From positions 118,050,001 through 118,114,000 of the forward strand of contig NC_058368.1 in NCBI RefSeq assembly GCF_018350175.1: a stretch of DNA of 64,000 nucleotides, read 5' to 3'. This DNA is from Felis catus. Taxonomy: Eukaryota. The position numbers and the translations under genes were made by a program. The notes under the pieces are model-generated. The model had not been told where the DNA came from, did not search any database, and was given only the letters and a program-made list of their open reading frames with translations. This document shows, in pieces, positions 48,961 to 61,270 of this stretch (positions are counted from its first letter, which is position 1; each line of letters starts with the position of its first letter).

Positions 48961-50851
48961 GAAATGCAGGCAGCTAAGCAACATGGCCCTCTAGGAGAAT
49001 GAGTCTGAGGTCCCTCTCAGCTCTTGTGCCTCTACAGTTGACCCCCAAATGTGGGCATAAGAAGTGTGGACACTTCACCAGCACCGCACCCAGAGCAGGG
49101 TGTGAGAGTGTGTGTGGAAGGTTGAGGGGAGGTGTATGAAGCTTTTAGGCCACTAGAAGGCCCATACAACCTTGAATGGGCCTTTCTTTGTCCCCTTCAT
49201 ATGGCAAAAACTCTAAGGGTCTGCACACTGTTCCCTCCAAGGAACCTTCTTTCTCTCCTGTCTCCTCACACTGCTACTTGAGGAGTAAAAGATGGACCTA
49301 CCCGTGTCCCGTTTGCCTTTGTAGATGAAAGCTCTCCTGGAAGAGATGATTGTGCTGAGAGATGATTTGAACTGAGGCCTGTACCCCTGAGAGACAAAGG
49401 CCTCATTGACTGGCCTTTTTTTGTTGTGGCCTTATTCTGTCGTCTGTCTGTCCATCCATTCATTTGTTCTTCTTCTTTCCCTTGAGCACACTTTCCTTCC
49501 CTTGGTTGGAGAGGGTCTGAGGAGGTGAGGAGGCCTACACTTACTCCTTTCTGGGCGTTGGGTCCACCACCCCCATTTTTGCTTGCTCTCTCATCTTGTG
49601 TGTTATGGTGGTAGCTGGCTTTTGTGGGAGGCTCAGATTTGGGCCCAGAAGTGAACATTCAAGGCCCTCATGCTTAGCTAGCTCTACTAGGGAGCTCACA
49701 GCCCAGCCAGTCTTGCTGGAGTTCTGCTCAGAGCCTGAGGGCAATCCCAGCCAATAGTGAAGTGTTGTTCTGCCTTGCTTTGTTCTCTGTGCACCCCTTT
49801 TCCCCATAGGCCTCTTGGGGACAGTGGCTGGTTTGTGGCAGGACTTGGGGTTGTGCCTTGGCCAGTCCCATCGTATGCCATATTACTCTTGTGCCTTCAC
49901 ATCCCTATGCATGTACCCAAGTACTTGACCTTGGACATTGGGCAGACTCCGTTATCCTGAGATGGGTCAGTCTGGGTGAGTGGAGTCCAGATTGAAGGAA
50001 ATGGGAGGGATTTGTGCTAGTGTCATTGTGAACAGAATGCCAGAAATGAAAGCATTTGTTTAAAGTAGCATGGAATCGGGAGTGAGGGAAAGAGAGGGGA
50101 CAGCTGTAGGAACGGACAAGAAAGGAAAGTCACAAAATCCCACTTCTAAAATGAAGTCCTCTTTGTAGAAAAATGTAGTGATCTTTTAAAATGCCATATT
50201 TAACAGATTAAAAGTGATTAAATTAGAATTTGGAGTAAATGTTATTGTCTGACACTTCAATCCTTGCTTCCAGAATGTTTTCTCCTTACAAAATCACAGT
50301 ATTTCAGTTCTGGTTGTACTGCTGTGTTAATAGATCTTGGTTTAGGAGAATAATGGGTTAGTCCCGTAGGAGAACTATTGATAGTAACTCTCATTTTTGC
50401 AACGTTTAAAACAACAGTCGGTTAAAAAAAATATATTTGTAACACTCCTGATAAAAGGGCCTCGCCTGACACTACACGTAGTCAGGTTTATACCTAGGGA
50501 TGGTTCCAGCATGCAGGCGCAAAGTGGGCTTTTTGGTGACTTGTCTGCACCTGCTGGAGATCTGGTGCACCTGTTACAGTTACAAGGCAGCTATTAGCCA
50601 TGAACTGACACCAAGATGACAGGTTCAACTCCAGATTAAACAGTGTCATGTGTCCACCAGGGCAGAGAGTGAGGGGGTGGGGGCACGTGTTTGGCAAATG
50701 GTAGGAAGCCACTGCAGCCTGGGGAAGATAGTGTTCTGATTAACAACAGTCAGATACCAAGAGAAGTGCCGTTAGGGTGGGCTTGTTGAAAAAGGGAGAC
50801 CTAACTTTTGAGTCCTGATCGTATGGCCCTGGTAAGTCTCAGTTTACCAAC

Positions 50852-51049
50852 TTTTTTTTTTTTTTTTTTGAGTTTATTTATTTATTTATTTTGAGAGAGA
50901 AAGAGAGCAGGGAAGAGTCAGAGAGAAAATCCCAAGCAGGTTCTATGCTATCAGCACAGAGCCCATGTGGGGCTTGAACTCATGAACCCTGAGATCATGA
51001 CCCGAGCGGAAATCAAGAGTGGGCCAGACTGAGCCACCCCCGTGCCCCC
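50852..51049 (-). mobile_element. CanSINE inside a MIR remnant
   Basis: Body; CTCAGTTT on both flanks. Confidence 0.93.
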
Positions 51050-52399
51050 TCAGTTTGCAGTCTTAAAATGGGAATGAGAACGCCTGACTTATGAAAAGAA
51101 AGAGTTCCTTGAAAGTGAACTCATGCAATTCTTGCTGTCATAAATGCAACAAAGTTGCACCAAACTGCATTAGTAGGAACATAGAGGCAGCAGCAGTGGA
51201 AGATGAAGAATTTTGTAGAAGCATTCAGCCTGCTGAATTGCGGCATGGCGTGAGAGAAAGGTTAAGTCCCCCAGCCCTGGATTAAGTTTTTCTCCCTACT
51301 TTCTCATTCCTTCCATGAGACAAGGAACACAGATTAGCCCAGCAGACCGGTAAGGGCAAGGGACACGGGTACAAGGAAGCCTGGAGAAAAATTCACCATT
51401 AATATTATAATGATTTGCAAACCGAGGACAGGGAACTCTAAATAATACCTTGCACAGAGAAAGCACTAAATATGCATTTATTAGGCAAGGGAATAAAGGT
51501 AGATTACTTTTTTTGATTCTGTATTTATTATTAGTGTCTTATTCATGTTTTTTTTTTTTTTTTACCTCACTGATTTTAACATATGTATCTTTATACATGA
51601 TGTTAAAATAGAAAGAGAAAAAAAAATCAACCTAGTGATTGGGCTGACTGGATAAAATCAACTAAATAAATGAGAGTAATGATACCTGATAAGTCATTCA
51701 TTCATTCATTCATTCAGCCTAATGATTGAGGACATTCTGTGAGCTGTATGCTCCCTTTGGGGGTGTGGGGAGATGCCAGTAGATGAGACATCTAAGTCCC
51801 CTGTGGGACTGTGAGGACAGATACACTGACACATGCTCGCATAGGGAGGTAGCTTCAGATATAGACTAGTGCTATGGAAATGATCATGCACGTAAATGTA
51901 CATCACAGAGAAGTCCATCCTTTTGTCTTCCTGTCCTCTATTTGTTGAACACCCCTTGTGTGCCAGGCACAACTGAGGCGCATTGATGAGCAAGAAGGAC
52001 TTGGTCCCAACCCTCGAGGAGCTCACAGCCAATTGGCAGAGAGGATGCTCTCTCCATTATTATGGCCCCTAATGGATTATGTAACTTCTAACTGTTATTT
52101 ATTTGGGATCTCTGATCTTGCTAAATGTAATTTCTTCCTTTAAAAATACCGACAGCATGTTTGTGGTGCATGCTGTTGTACGGAATAATACATTCCTGAT
52201 GAAAACATCACTTTCCAGCTAAAGAAGTCTTGAGGTTGAGACCAAAGGGGCTGACACAGGTATTCTGTGTTGATTGTGGTTCGTCTGTGGATTGACTTTA
52301 TTTAAAACCTTTTTGACGTGGTCTTAGGAGATCTCAGCATTTGCCAATGGCGAAGTGAGGCTGTCTGGGAGGGGATGGGTGAGATGAGAGCTATGTATG

Positions 52400-52795
52400 A
52401 GTTAGTGGAACACGATTTGCTGGTAACAGATAAACGTCAACATTTCAGCAGCTTACTATCCAATCCACTTCTCACCTGCTGTTCCTGGTCAGTGGGTGGT
52501 TCTCCTCTAAGCAGTGCTTCGAGCTTCCAGGTGTCTTCCATGTTGTGGCTCCCCCGTCCCCATCACGTAGCAACCAAGATCACACAGAAAGGAAAAGAAC
52601 ATGGCATATTACACATGGGAGGTTGTAACGGACCAGGCCTGAAGTGGCACCCTTCGCTTCCCCCCATATCCCGCTGGCCAGAACGCAGTGTCTTGGCCCC
52701 ATCTGGGAGGTTGAGAAATGTAGTGTAGCTATGGGCCCAGGAAGAAATGGAAGCTGTTTTAAGTACGAAACAATGAACTTTCTCTGTGACCGTCT
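52400..52795 (-). mobile_element. Old MaLR LTR (MLT1-type)
   Basis: GGTAACAGATAAAC..TTCAGCAGCTTA..CCAGGCCTGAAGTGGCAC..GAGAAATGTAGT. Confidence 0.7.
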
Positions 52796-52840
52796 ACAAT
52801 TTAATTTTCTTGGCACTTGAGAAGAAAAAAAAATTGCTGA

Positions 52841-53054
52841 GGGGCCCCTGGGTGGGTGCCTCAGTCCATTTAAGCATCTGACTTTTGATTTCGGTTCAGG
52901 TTGTGACATTGAACCCCACATCGGGCTGTGCATTGATGGTGTGGAGCCTGCTTGGGATTCCCTTCCGTTCCCTCTCTCTCTGTCCCTTCCCCACTCATGC
53001 TGTGTCTCTTTCTTTCTCTCTCTCAAAATAAGTAAATACATTTAAAAAAATAAA
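52841..53054 (+). mobile_element. CanSINE
   Basis: Head, (CT)n and A tail. Confidence 0.93.
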
Positions 53055-53974
53055 AGCTGGAGATGGAAAATATTTGAATGTCTGTGTATTCATATGTGGT
53101 TTAAATAATGACACCCCAAAAATGATTTGTTACTTTTACTGTCTTTTCTCTTTTTTATTTGATTCTTTTCTCTTTCTTCTCTTCTCTTTCTTTCTTTTTT
53201 TCTTTTTTATGTTGAGAGTTAGGAATTTCCATTAATTTTTATTTTTCTTTTATACACTTGAATATAGCCAGCTCACCTTTCATATGTATGTCAGTGTAAA
53301 AATGTCAATGGACAATTAATAATTTAGAAAACCACTTATCTCCATTTGGGGAGGGGGGAATTAGAGGGGTGTAGTTTGCTTTGGAGAGCACAAGATAATT
53401 TGGTTTAAAGCCACCTTATGCTCAACACATGAAAGGAAAGGATGAAGCTGGTTTCTCTCAAACCCTCAAACTCTCTCTGCATCCGTAATAACAAATGGGG
53501 GAGGGAGGCAATAATGGGGCCTGTTTTTGAGATCTGTTCATTTTCTCCATGATTATACTGCACTACGAAATGTGAAAGACATTAGGGACTCTGAGCACAG
53601 TCCCCCTAAATGCCCCATTGCCCACAGGGAACCAGCCAGAGGCTGGGGTTGGCTTCAGATGGCTGGACAGGTGGCCTTGTAATTAAAACCTTTTCCTTCT
53701 AACGGCAAGCCTTGTTTTGCCAGGAAACTGAGGTGAAGAAAATGTTCTAGTTGTATGCCTATACCAGCTGCTTTGAAAGCTTCCTTACAGCTGTCCCCAA
53801 ACCATAGCAGACAGCCACATCTCTGCTTTCAAAATCTAGGGGGCTTAGTGTTATTTGAGATGGGATAAGCAGGCCAAGAGATGAGGGAAGATTTCTTCCT
53901 GATCTCAAAAGTTCTGAGCCTTTTTGAAGAATTAGATGGCACACACACAGAAGTCTGGGCAGCAAGCATTTCCT

Positions 53975-54150
53975 CCTGACATCCACTCTTTGAGATAGAG
54001 GCCATTATTCGTCCTCATTTTATACATGAGGACTTTGAAGCACAGAGGACTCAAGTGACTCGATCAAGGTCACATGGTTAAGTGTCAGAGTCAGGACCCA
54101 AATCCAGGTGGTCTTGACTCTATATTTGGGCTCTGGTAACTTTTACTCTT
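53975..54150 (-). mobile_element. MIR
   Basis: CCTCATTTTATACATGAGGA..AAGGTCACATGGTTAAGTGTCAGAG. Confidence 0.8.
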
Positions 54151-54154
54151 AGGA

Positions 54155-54500
54155 ATGTCCAAAATTTAATTCCTGATCATTCCCCACATGTGGTCTCCAC
54201 CCTCAGTTTTTCTCCTCGTCCGTTCACAGCCACATCATCTTCTGGGTCAGGCCAGAAACATGGGTTTCATCTTTGACTTCTCCCTTTCTCTAAAACCCCA
54301 ATTACCAGGCAATTTCACTAATCGTGCCTTCACAATACACCCAGCATCTGGCCACGTCTCCTCACTTCCGATGCTATGTACCACCTTTATCAAGGCCGTT
54401 GGTGTTCCATTCTCTGTTCTACAGTAGCCTTGACACTGATGTGTCTTCACTTGTAGTCTTGCTGTCACCCCAGTCCCTTCTCATCACGCCAGTCACAGTG
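54155..54500 (+). mobile_element. L2 fragment
   Basis: TCAGGCCAGAAAC..TCATCTTTGACTTCTCCCTTTCTCT. Confidence 0.7.
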
Positions 54501-54509
54501 ATCCAGCAC

Positions 54510-54870
54510 TGGGAGGCAGCTCTACTCCACAAGATCATTCTGGGACTGAGGGGTCTTCTCTCTTATTCGCCTTTCCTTGGGGTGCTGTGTTCATCTGTGC
54601 AGTCAGAGCTGGCTCAGCTCCCTGCCTTCTAGCCCACAGAAAGGGGAGTAAGACAGGAAATCCCGAGACAAATCCCGAGACACAATTTACTTTGAAACAA
54701 ATGATATAAAATATCTATGTATCATTTCCATTCATGTTTCGCTGGTAAATCAATGGTCATATGGTCAACCTAGCTGCAGGGGGATCTGGGAAATGTAGTC
54801 TCTGAACGGATTGCCATATTCCCGCTCCCCAAGGAGAGGATCGTGAATTTGGAGGGTAACTAGCATTGTT
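54510..54870 (-). mobile_element. Old MaLR LTR (MLT1-type)
   Basis: CTAGCTGCAGGGGGATCTGGGAAATGTAGTC. Confidence 0.6.
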
Positions 54871-55286
54871 CTAGAGTTCAAGGGGAGAAGTGGGTAGACC
54901 AATTAGGAGGCTTCTCAGGAGCCTAGGGGAATATTGACAATAGCTCGACCTGGCGAAGGGGCATTGGAGATGGAAAGAGGTAGACAGATTTGAGATGTCC
55001 TTGGGAGGTAGAATTGGACTGGGTATAGGGGCTGAGGAAAAACAAGATTCAGGGGGTGATTCCTAGATACTCCTATCTTACGAGATAGAGTGATGCCATT
55101 TTCTTGGATCTAGGAAGCAGTCCTTGGAAATAACCTGTTTCTGGAGCAGCTACCTGTAGACCAATGTGTGAGGCTATCTTAGGGGACCCTTCTTGCATCA
55201 CAGTGGAAGCAACCATGGCAGGTTGAAATGGCTCAGAGGAAGAGTCTGAGGGTCAATGTGGTAGGTTGATTAAATGCATTTTATCT

Positions 55287-55514
55287 TTTTTTTTTTTTTA
55301 ATTTTTTTTTCAACGTTTATTTATTTTTGGGACAGAGAGAGACAGAGCATGAACGGGGGAGGGGCAGAGAGAGAGGGAGACACAGAATCGGAAACAGGCT
55401 CCAGGCTCTGAGCCATCAGCCCAGAGCCCGACGCGGGGCTCGAACTCCTGTACCGCGAGATCGTGACCTGGCTGAAGCTCGGATGCTTAACCGACTGCGC
55501 CACCCAGGCGCCCC
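55287..55514 (-). mobile_element. Young felid CanSINE inserted in the tail of the next SINE
   Basis: Young-type diagnostics (GACCTGGCTGAAG, GACTGCGCCACC). Confidence 0.97.
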
Positions 55515-55717
55515 TTTAATGTTTATTTTTGAGAGAGACAGAGACAGAGCATGAGCAGGGAAGGGGCAGAAACAGAGGGAGACACAGAATCCGAAGCAGG
55601 CTCCAGGCTCTGAGCTGTCAGCACAGAGCCCTACACGGGGCTCAAACTCATCAACTGATGAGATCATGACTTGAGCCAAAGTCGGATGCTCATCCGACTG
55701 AGCCACCCAGGCGTCCC
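55515..55717 (-). mobile_element. CanSINE
   Basis: Full body. Confidence 0.95.
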
Positions 55718-56395
55718 ACAGAAACTCTTGAATCAATGAATTTGTTCATATAGCTACTCTCTCCCCTAAGTGTCAAAACACCCTGTGAGACAGAGGCATG
55801 GTCGTGATCCCTGTGGCTTAGAGGCAGAGAAGGCAGGGCTTCGCGCACCCGCGCTGCTGGGCCACATGTGAACCTGGAGGCTCCCTCCCACATTTCCTGC
55901 CCGAGGGACCATCTTACCAGTTCATGTGGGACTGAGCAGGCTCCCAGCTCACCTCCCAGCAGCAGAGCCGACTCGTCACCTGAGTGCTAACTTAGCCATG
56001 CAGCCAGGAGGATGGAGAGTCTCATGAAAACCCCTATAGTGATTACTCTGGGAGTCACATCTGGATTTGTCCTAGAAAGCGTGAAATCAAAGCAAAGTGG
56101 TTAATGAGTCTTTGTGGGATGTTTTTCCTAAGCACTTCCGGATGAAGACCTTTTCAGTTTTGTCTTTGTCATTTACCTTTCAACAGAGCAGAATTCTCCA
56201 GCCCCACCATGTGCAGGGCTTCTGGGAAACTCTGGCAGGATCTTCTTATTCACTTCCCCCTCTTGAGCATCCCCTCTGAATTGCCAAAAACTTGTCGTCA
56301 CAGCCTTTCTTTCTTACAGTCCTGACATTATCTTGAGGTCAGAACTTGTCTGCCATTAGCTGAATTGAAATCAATGTCTTCCTTCCTTCCTTTAC

Positions 56396-56637
56396 TTATT
56401 TATTTAAATTTATTATTTTTTAATGTTTTATTTTTTTTTATATTTGAGAGAAAGAGAGGGAGCGTGTATGTGCTAGTGAGCGGGGGAGGGACAGAGAGAG
56501 GGGGAGACACAGAATCTGAAGCAGGCCCTAGGCTCTGAGCTGTCAGTATAGAGCCCAACACAGGGCTCAAACCCACAAACTGCAAGATCATGACCTGAGT
56601 TGAAGTCAGATGCTCAACTGATTGAGCCACCCAGGCC
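56396..56637 (-). mobile_element. CanSINE
   Basis: Full body. Confidence 0.95.
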
Positions 56638-57089
56638 TTTTTTGTTTTTATTATTATTTTTTTTAATTTTAGAGAGATTGTGAACAGGGAAAAGGGGCAG
56701 AGGAAGAGGAAGAGAGAATCTTTTTTTTTTTTTTTAATTTTTTTTTTTTCAATGTTTATTTATTTTTGAGACAGAGAGAGACAGAGCTTGAACGGGGGAG
56801 GGGCAGAGAGAGAGGGAGACACAGAATCGGAAACAGGCTCCAGGCTCTGAGCCATCAGCCCAGAGCCCGACGCGGGGCTCGAACTCCCGGACCGCGAGAT
56901 CGTGACCTGGCTGAAGTCGGACGCTTAACCGACTGCGCCACCCAGGCGCCCCAGAGAGAATCTTAAGCAGGCTATGTGCTCAGCTTAAAGCCTGATGCAG
57001 GGCTCGATCCCATGACCCTGGGATCATGACCTGAGCTGAAATCAAGAATGGGACTAGACACTCAACCAGCTGAGCCACCCAGGCACCCC
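56638..57089 (-). mobile_element. Older CanSINE split by a young copy
   Basis: Body breaks at AGAGAGAATCTT and resumes at 56953. Confidence 0.9.
56721..56952 (-). mobile_element. Young felid CanSINE
   Basis: Perfect TSD AGAGAGAATCTT (56711-56722, 56953-56964); CpGs intact. Confidence 0.97.
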
Positions 57090-57408
57090 TAGTGTCTTCC
57101 TTTTGAATCAGGCAGCCTAGGTGGCCTTAGGAAGTACCCTTGTCACGTGACCCAAACCTGCAGACATCCTGTCTCATGTGGGTAAATTTCTGGGAGATAA
57201 TGTGTGCATTCAACTAACCTCATACCTTTTATGTTGGTTCTTTTTAGCTTCCATACCAGGATGAGCATCTTCTATTCTGCTCTCCAAATTCCACATTATC
57301 TTGTCTTTGAGCTTGCTCCCTCCTCTGTGCTGAATATATTTAATACAATACAGCAGATATTTGTTGAAGGCCTCCCATGGCCACTGCTTAGCAAGATTAG
57401 AATAATGG

Positions 57409-57528
57409 TTGTTTGTTTGTTTTAAAGATTTTATTTTTAAGTAATCTCTACACCCATCATGGAGCTTAAACGCTCAACTCCCAGATCAGGAGTCACATGC
57501 TCCCCTGCCTGAGCCAGCCAGGTACCCC
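57409..57528 (-). mobile_element. CanSINE, short type
   Basis: AAGTAATCTCTACACCCA..GAGCCAGCCAGGTACCCC; TSD AGATTAGAAT. Confidence 0.9.
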
Positions 57529-57709
57529 TAGATTAGAATGTTTTCGTTAAAAAAGCATGGACTTTTTGTTTTTTAATGGCGTAAGAGAATATTTAATCTT
57601 ACATTAATATGCTGATGATATATTGTTAAGGAAGAGAAAGATGCAATAAAGAATATATAATATGATACCATTCTTTTAAAAAAAACCCTTTATTAAAAAA
57701 AAACTTTCA

Positions 57710-57943
57710 GGGGCGCCTGGGTGGCGCAGTCGGTTAAGCGTCCGACTTCAGCCAGGTCACGATCTCGCGGTCCGTGAGTTCGAGCCCCGCGTCGGGCTCT
57801 GGGCTGATGGCTCAGAGCCTGGAGCCTGTTTCTGATTCTGTGTCTCCCTCTCTCTCTGCCCCTCCCCTGTTCATGCTCTGTCTCTCTCTGTCCCAAAAAT
57901 AAATAAACGTTGAAAAAAAAAATTTAAAAAAAAAACAAAAAAC
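57710..57943 (+). mobile_element. Young felid CanSINE
   Basis: Perfect TSD AAAAAACTTTCA; CpGs intact. Confidence 0.97.
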
Positions 57944-57955
57944 AAAAAACTTTCA

Positions 57956-59404
57956 TTATTTAAGTATAGTTGACATAAAATGTTATATTAGTTTCAGGTA
58001 CACAATATAGTTATTCAACAGTTCTATTCATTACATAGTGCTTACTATATAAGTATAGTTACCATTTCTCACCATACATTGCTTTTACAATGTTATTGCC
58101 TATTCCCTATGCTGTATTTTTAATCTCTGTGACTTATTTATTTTATAAGTGGAAGTTTGTACCTCCTAATCTCCTTCACCTGTTTCACCCATCTCTCTCA
58201 CCCCTCCTTTCTGGCAACCACAAATTTGTTCTCTGTATTTATACGTCTGCTTCTGTTTTTTGTTTGTGTGTTCATTTGTTGTGTTTTTAGTTGCCACATA
58301 TAAGTGAAATCATATTTGTTGTTCTCTTTGTGACTTATTTTACTTGGCATAATACCTGTAGGTCCATCCATGTTGTCACAATGGCAAGATCTCATTCTTT
58401 TCTTTTATGGCTGAATGGTATTCCATTGTGCATGTATACGTGTGTGTGTGTATATGTACACACAAACACACACGCACACACACACACACACACCCCACAA
58501 CTTTTTTTACCCATTCATCTCTTAATGGATTCTTAGGTTGTCTCCATATCTTAGTTATTGTAAATACTAAAATAAGCATAGAGGTACATATGTCTTTTTG
58601 AATTAATATTTTTGTTTTCTTTGGGTAGAGACCGAGTAGTAGATTTACTGAATCATATCGTATTTTTATTTCTAGTTTGGGGGCAACCTCCATACTATTT
58701 ATTTCATGGTGGTTGCTTCAGTTTACATTCCCACTAACAGTGCACAATGGTTTTCTTTTCTCCACATCCTTCCTAACACTTGTTATTTTTTGTGTTTTTG
58801 ATACTAGCCATTCTGACAGGTATGAGGTGATATTTCATCGTAGTTTTGATTTGCATTTATTTCCCTGATGATGAGTGATGTTAAGCATGTTTTCATTTAT
58901 CTGGTGGCCATTTGTATGTCTTCTTTGGAAAAGTGTCTATTCAGGTCCCCTATTTTTTAATCAGATTTTTTTTTTCCAGGGCTGTTTGTTCAGGCTCTTT
59001 GTGTATTTTGAATACTAACCCTTTATCCGATATGTCATTTGCAAATATCTTCTCCCATTCATTAGGTTGTCTTTTCTTTTTGTTGATTGTTCCCTTCACT
59101 GTCCGAACCCTTTCTTATTTTGCTGTAGTCCCAATAGTTTATTTTTGTTTTTGTTTCCCTTCCCTGAGGAGACACATCCATAAATATGTTGCCAAGGCTG
59201 ATGCTGAAGAGATTAGAGCCTATGTTTTCTTTGAGGAGTTTTATGGTTTCAGGTCTTACGTATAGGTCTCTAATCTATTTTCAGTTTATTTTTGTGCGTG
59301 ATGGAAGAAGTTGGTCCAGTTTCATTCTTTTACATGTAACTATCCGGTTTTTTTCCAACACCATTTGTTGAAGAGATTGCTTTTCCCTCATTGTATATTC
59401 TTGG
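57956..59404 (-). mobile_element. 5'-truncated carnivore L1 (ORF2 C-terminus plus 3'UTR)
   Basis: AAGTATAGTTGAC..TTAGTTTCAGGT; TAGCCATTCTGACAGG; TTTGCAAATATCTTCTCCCATTC; CACCATTTGTTGAAGAGA. Confidence 0.95.
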
Positions 59405-59405
59405 A

Positions 59406-59745
59406 AAGGCATGGGCTTTTGGGTCAGTCCTGGGCTCATATCCCAGCTTCACCACTTATCGGTAGAGTCATCTAATGCAAGTTACCTTACCTCAGTTGTA
59501 CTACTTGTAAAATGCAGGTGGGAGTACCCACCGTAATGGGGTTGGGGTGAGAATTAAAAGAAGAGGGGCGCCTGGCAGGCTCAGTCGGTGGAACGTGCGA
59601 CTCTTGATCTCACAGTTAGGAGTTAAGCCCCACATTGGGTGAAGAGATTACTTAAAAATAAGACTTTTTTTTTTAAAGAAGAAATAAATGAAGTATATAA
59701 AGTACTTAGTTCAGTGGGTGTGCATGATACATACTTAATAAAAGT
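59406..59745 (+). mobile_element. MIR (L1 target site) also split by a short CanSINE
   Basis: GCATGGGCTTTTGGGTCAG..CCCAGCTTCACCACTTA..CCTCAGTT..GTGAGAATTAAA. Confidence 0.75.
59565..59677 (+). mobile_element. CanSINE, short type
   Basis: GGGGCGCCTGGCAGGCTCAGTCGG..GAGATTACTTAAAAATAA; TSD AAAGAAGA. Confidence 0.9.
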
Positions 59746-59771
59746 AAAACTTGAAAATACACATAATGCTC

Positions 59772-59990
59772 AGGACACCTGGGTGACTCAATCGGTTAAA
59801 CATCTGACTTCAGCTCAGGTCATGATCTCTCAGTTTGTGAGTTCAAGCCCCACATCAGGCTCTGTGCTGACAACTCAGAGCCTGGAGCCTGGTTTGGATT
59901 CTGTGTCTCCCCCTCTCTCTGCCCCTCCCAAGCTCATGCTCAGTCTCTCTCTGTCTCTCAATAATAAGTAAACATTAAAAAATTTGAAAA
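59772..59990 (+). mobile_element. CanSINE
   Basis: Perfect 18-bp TSD AAAATACACATAATGCTC. Confidence 0.97.
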
Positions 59991-60009
59991 AATACACATA
60001 ATGCTCTAT

Positions 60010-60395
60010 ACATTTATTCATGTGTTTCTAAACAAATATGTATGGAGTTTCCTCTGTATGCAGATCTCTGAAGAACCGCAAAAATAAAGTCCATATCCTC
60101 ATAAAGCTCACAGTGTAGTGGAGATGTATATAGTAAGCAAATAAACCCATAAATTTAGTGTCAAATGGTGAAGAGTGCCTTGAAGGAAAATAAAGCAGGG
60201 ACAGGGGACAGAGTGATGGGGGAGGTTTTATTCCTCAAACGTGCCCCTTACTGGAGAGCCTTTGAATTCATCCTTCCCCTCCGCCTGGAATGTCCCCTCT
60301 CCCAGTCTCCCACCTCCCAGTATCTTCAAGGATTACTCTCATTTTGTTTTTGTGTCTGCCTAAACCTCACCTCATCAGAGAGGCACACCTTATCT
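60010..60395. mobile_element. L2 fragments in both orientations
   Basis: AAACAAATATGTATGGAG..GAAGGAAAATAAAGCAGG; GCCTGGAATG..CACCTCATCAGAGAGGC. Confidence 0.6.
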
Positions 60396-60412
60396 TAAAA
60401 ATTACACACATT

Positions 60413-60627
60413 GGGGCGCCTGGGTGGCGCAGTCGGTTAAGTGTCTGACTTCAGCCAGGTCACGATCTCGCGGTCCGGGAGTTCGAGCCCCGCGTCGGGC
60501 TCTGGGTTGATGGCTCAGAGCCTGGAGCCTGTTTCCGATTCTGTGTCTCCCTCTCTCTCTGCCCCTCCCCCATTCATGCTCTGTCTCTCTCTGTCCCAAA
60601 AATAAATAAAAACATTGAAAAAAAAAA
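60413..60627 (+). mobile_element. Young felid CanSINE
   Basis: Young diagnostics; TSD AAAATTACACACA. Confidence 0.97.
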
Positions 60628-60640
60628 TTACACACACACA

Positions 60641-60868
60641 GGGCGCCTGGGTGGCTCAGTCAGTTAAATGTCTGACTTCGGCTCAGGTCATGAGCTTACG
60701 GTCCGTAAGTTCCAGGCCCTTGTCGGGCTCTGTGCTGACAGCTCAGAGCCTGGAGGCTGCTTCAGATTCTGTGTCTCCCTCTCTCTCTCTGCATCTCCCC
60801 CACTCATCTCTGTCTCTGTCGTCTCCAGAATAAATAAACTTAAACAAACAAATTTTAACTTAAAAAAA
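60641..60868 (+). mobile_element. CanSINE
   Basis: Full body. Confidence 0.95.
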
Positions 60869-61064
60869 TCACACACACACAAAACATGTAGAGAGATGCC
60901 GTTCGTGCCTTTGACGTTTGCGGTCCTGTAAAATTGACAGGTATACAGATGACAGTCCTTCCAGTCCAAGGCTGTTACCTTCAGAGAGTTACAAATAAGT
61001 AACATTCAGTTAAGGGAGTCAGGAAAGGCTACAATTAAAAAACGGTCCTTGAGTGTGACTTGAT

Positions 61065-61270
61065 AAGAAAGGAGCAGGAAGTTGGAGCAACCTGGGTTCA
61101 AATCCCATCTCTGCTCCTCACTACCTTGATGACCTTGATCACTCAGAATATAGAGAAAAGGTCACCTACCCCAGAGGGCTGTTGTGTTCCATGGGAAACA
61201 AGCCCCCAGTGTGCTGGTAGTACAGGAGGCCGGTTCTTAATGGTGCCCTCTTCCCACTAATATATAATTA
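61065..61270 (+). mobile_element. MIR
   Basis: ACCTGGGTTCAAATCCC..TGACCTTG..ACCTACC..AGGGCTGTTGTG. Confidence 0.7.

Noticed and set aside
57710..57790. tRNA-like A/B-box sequence
   Set aside because: It is the tRNA-derived head of a CanSINE; no stand-alone tRNA gene was seen.
58090..59371. Cluster of ORFs including L1 ORF2-like peptides (58376-58693)
   Set aside because: Fragmented frames of a dead, truncated L1.
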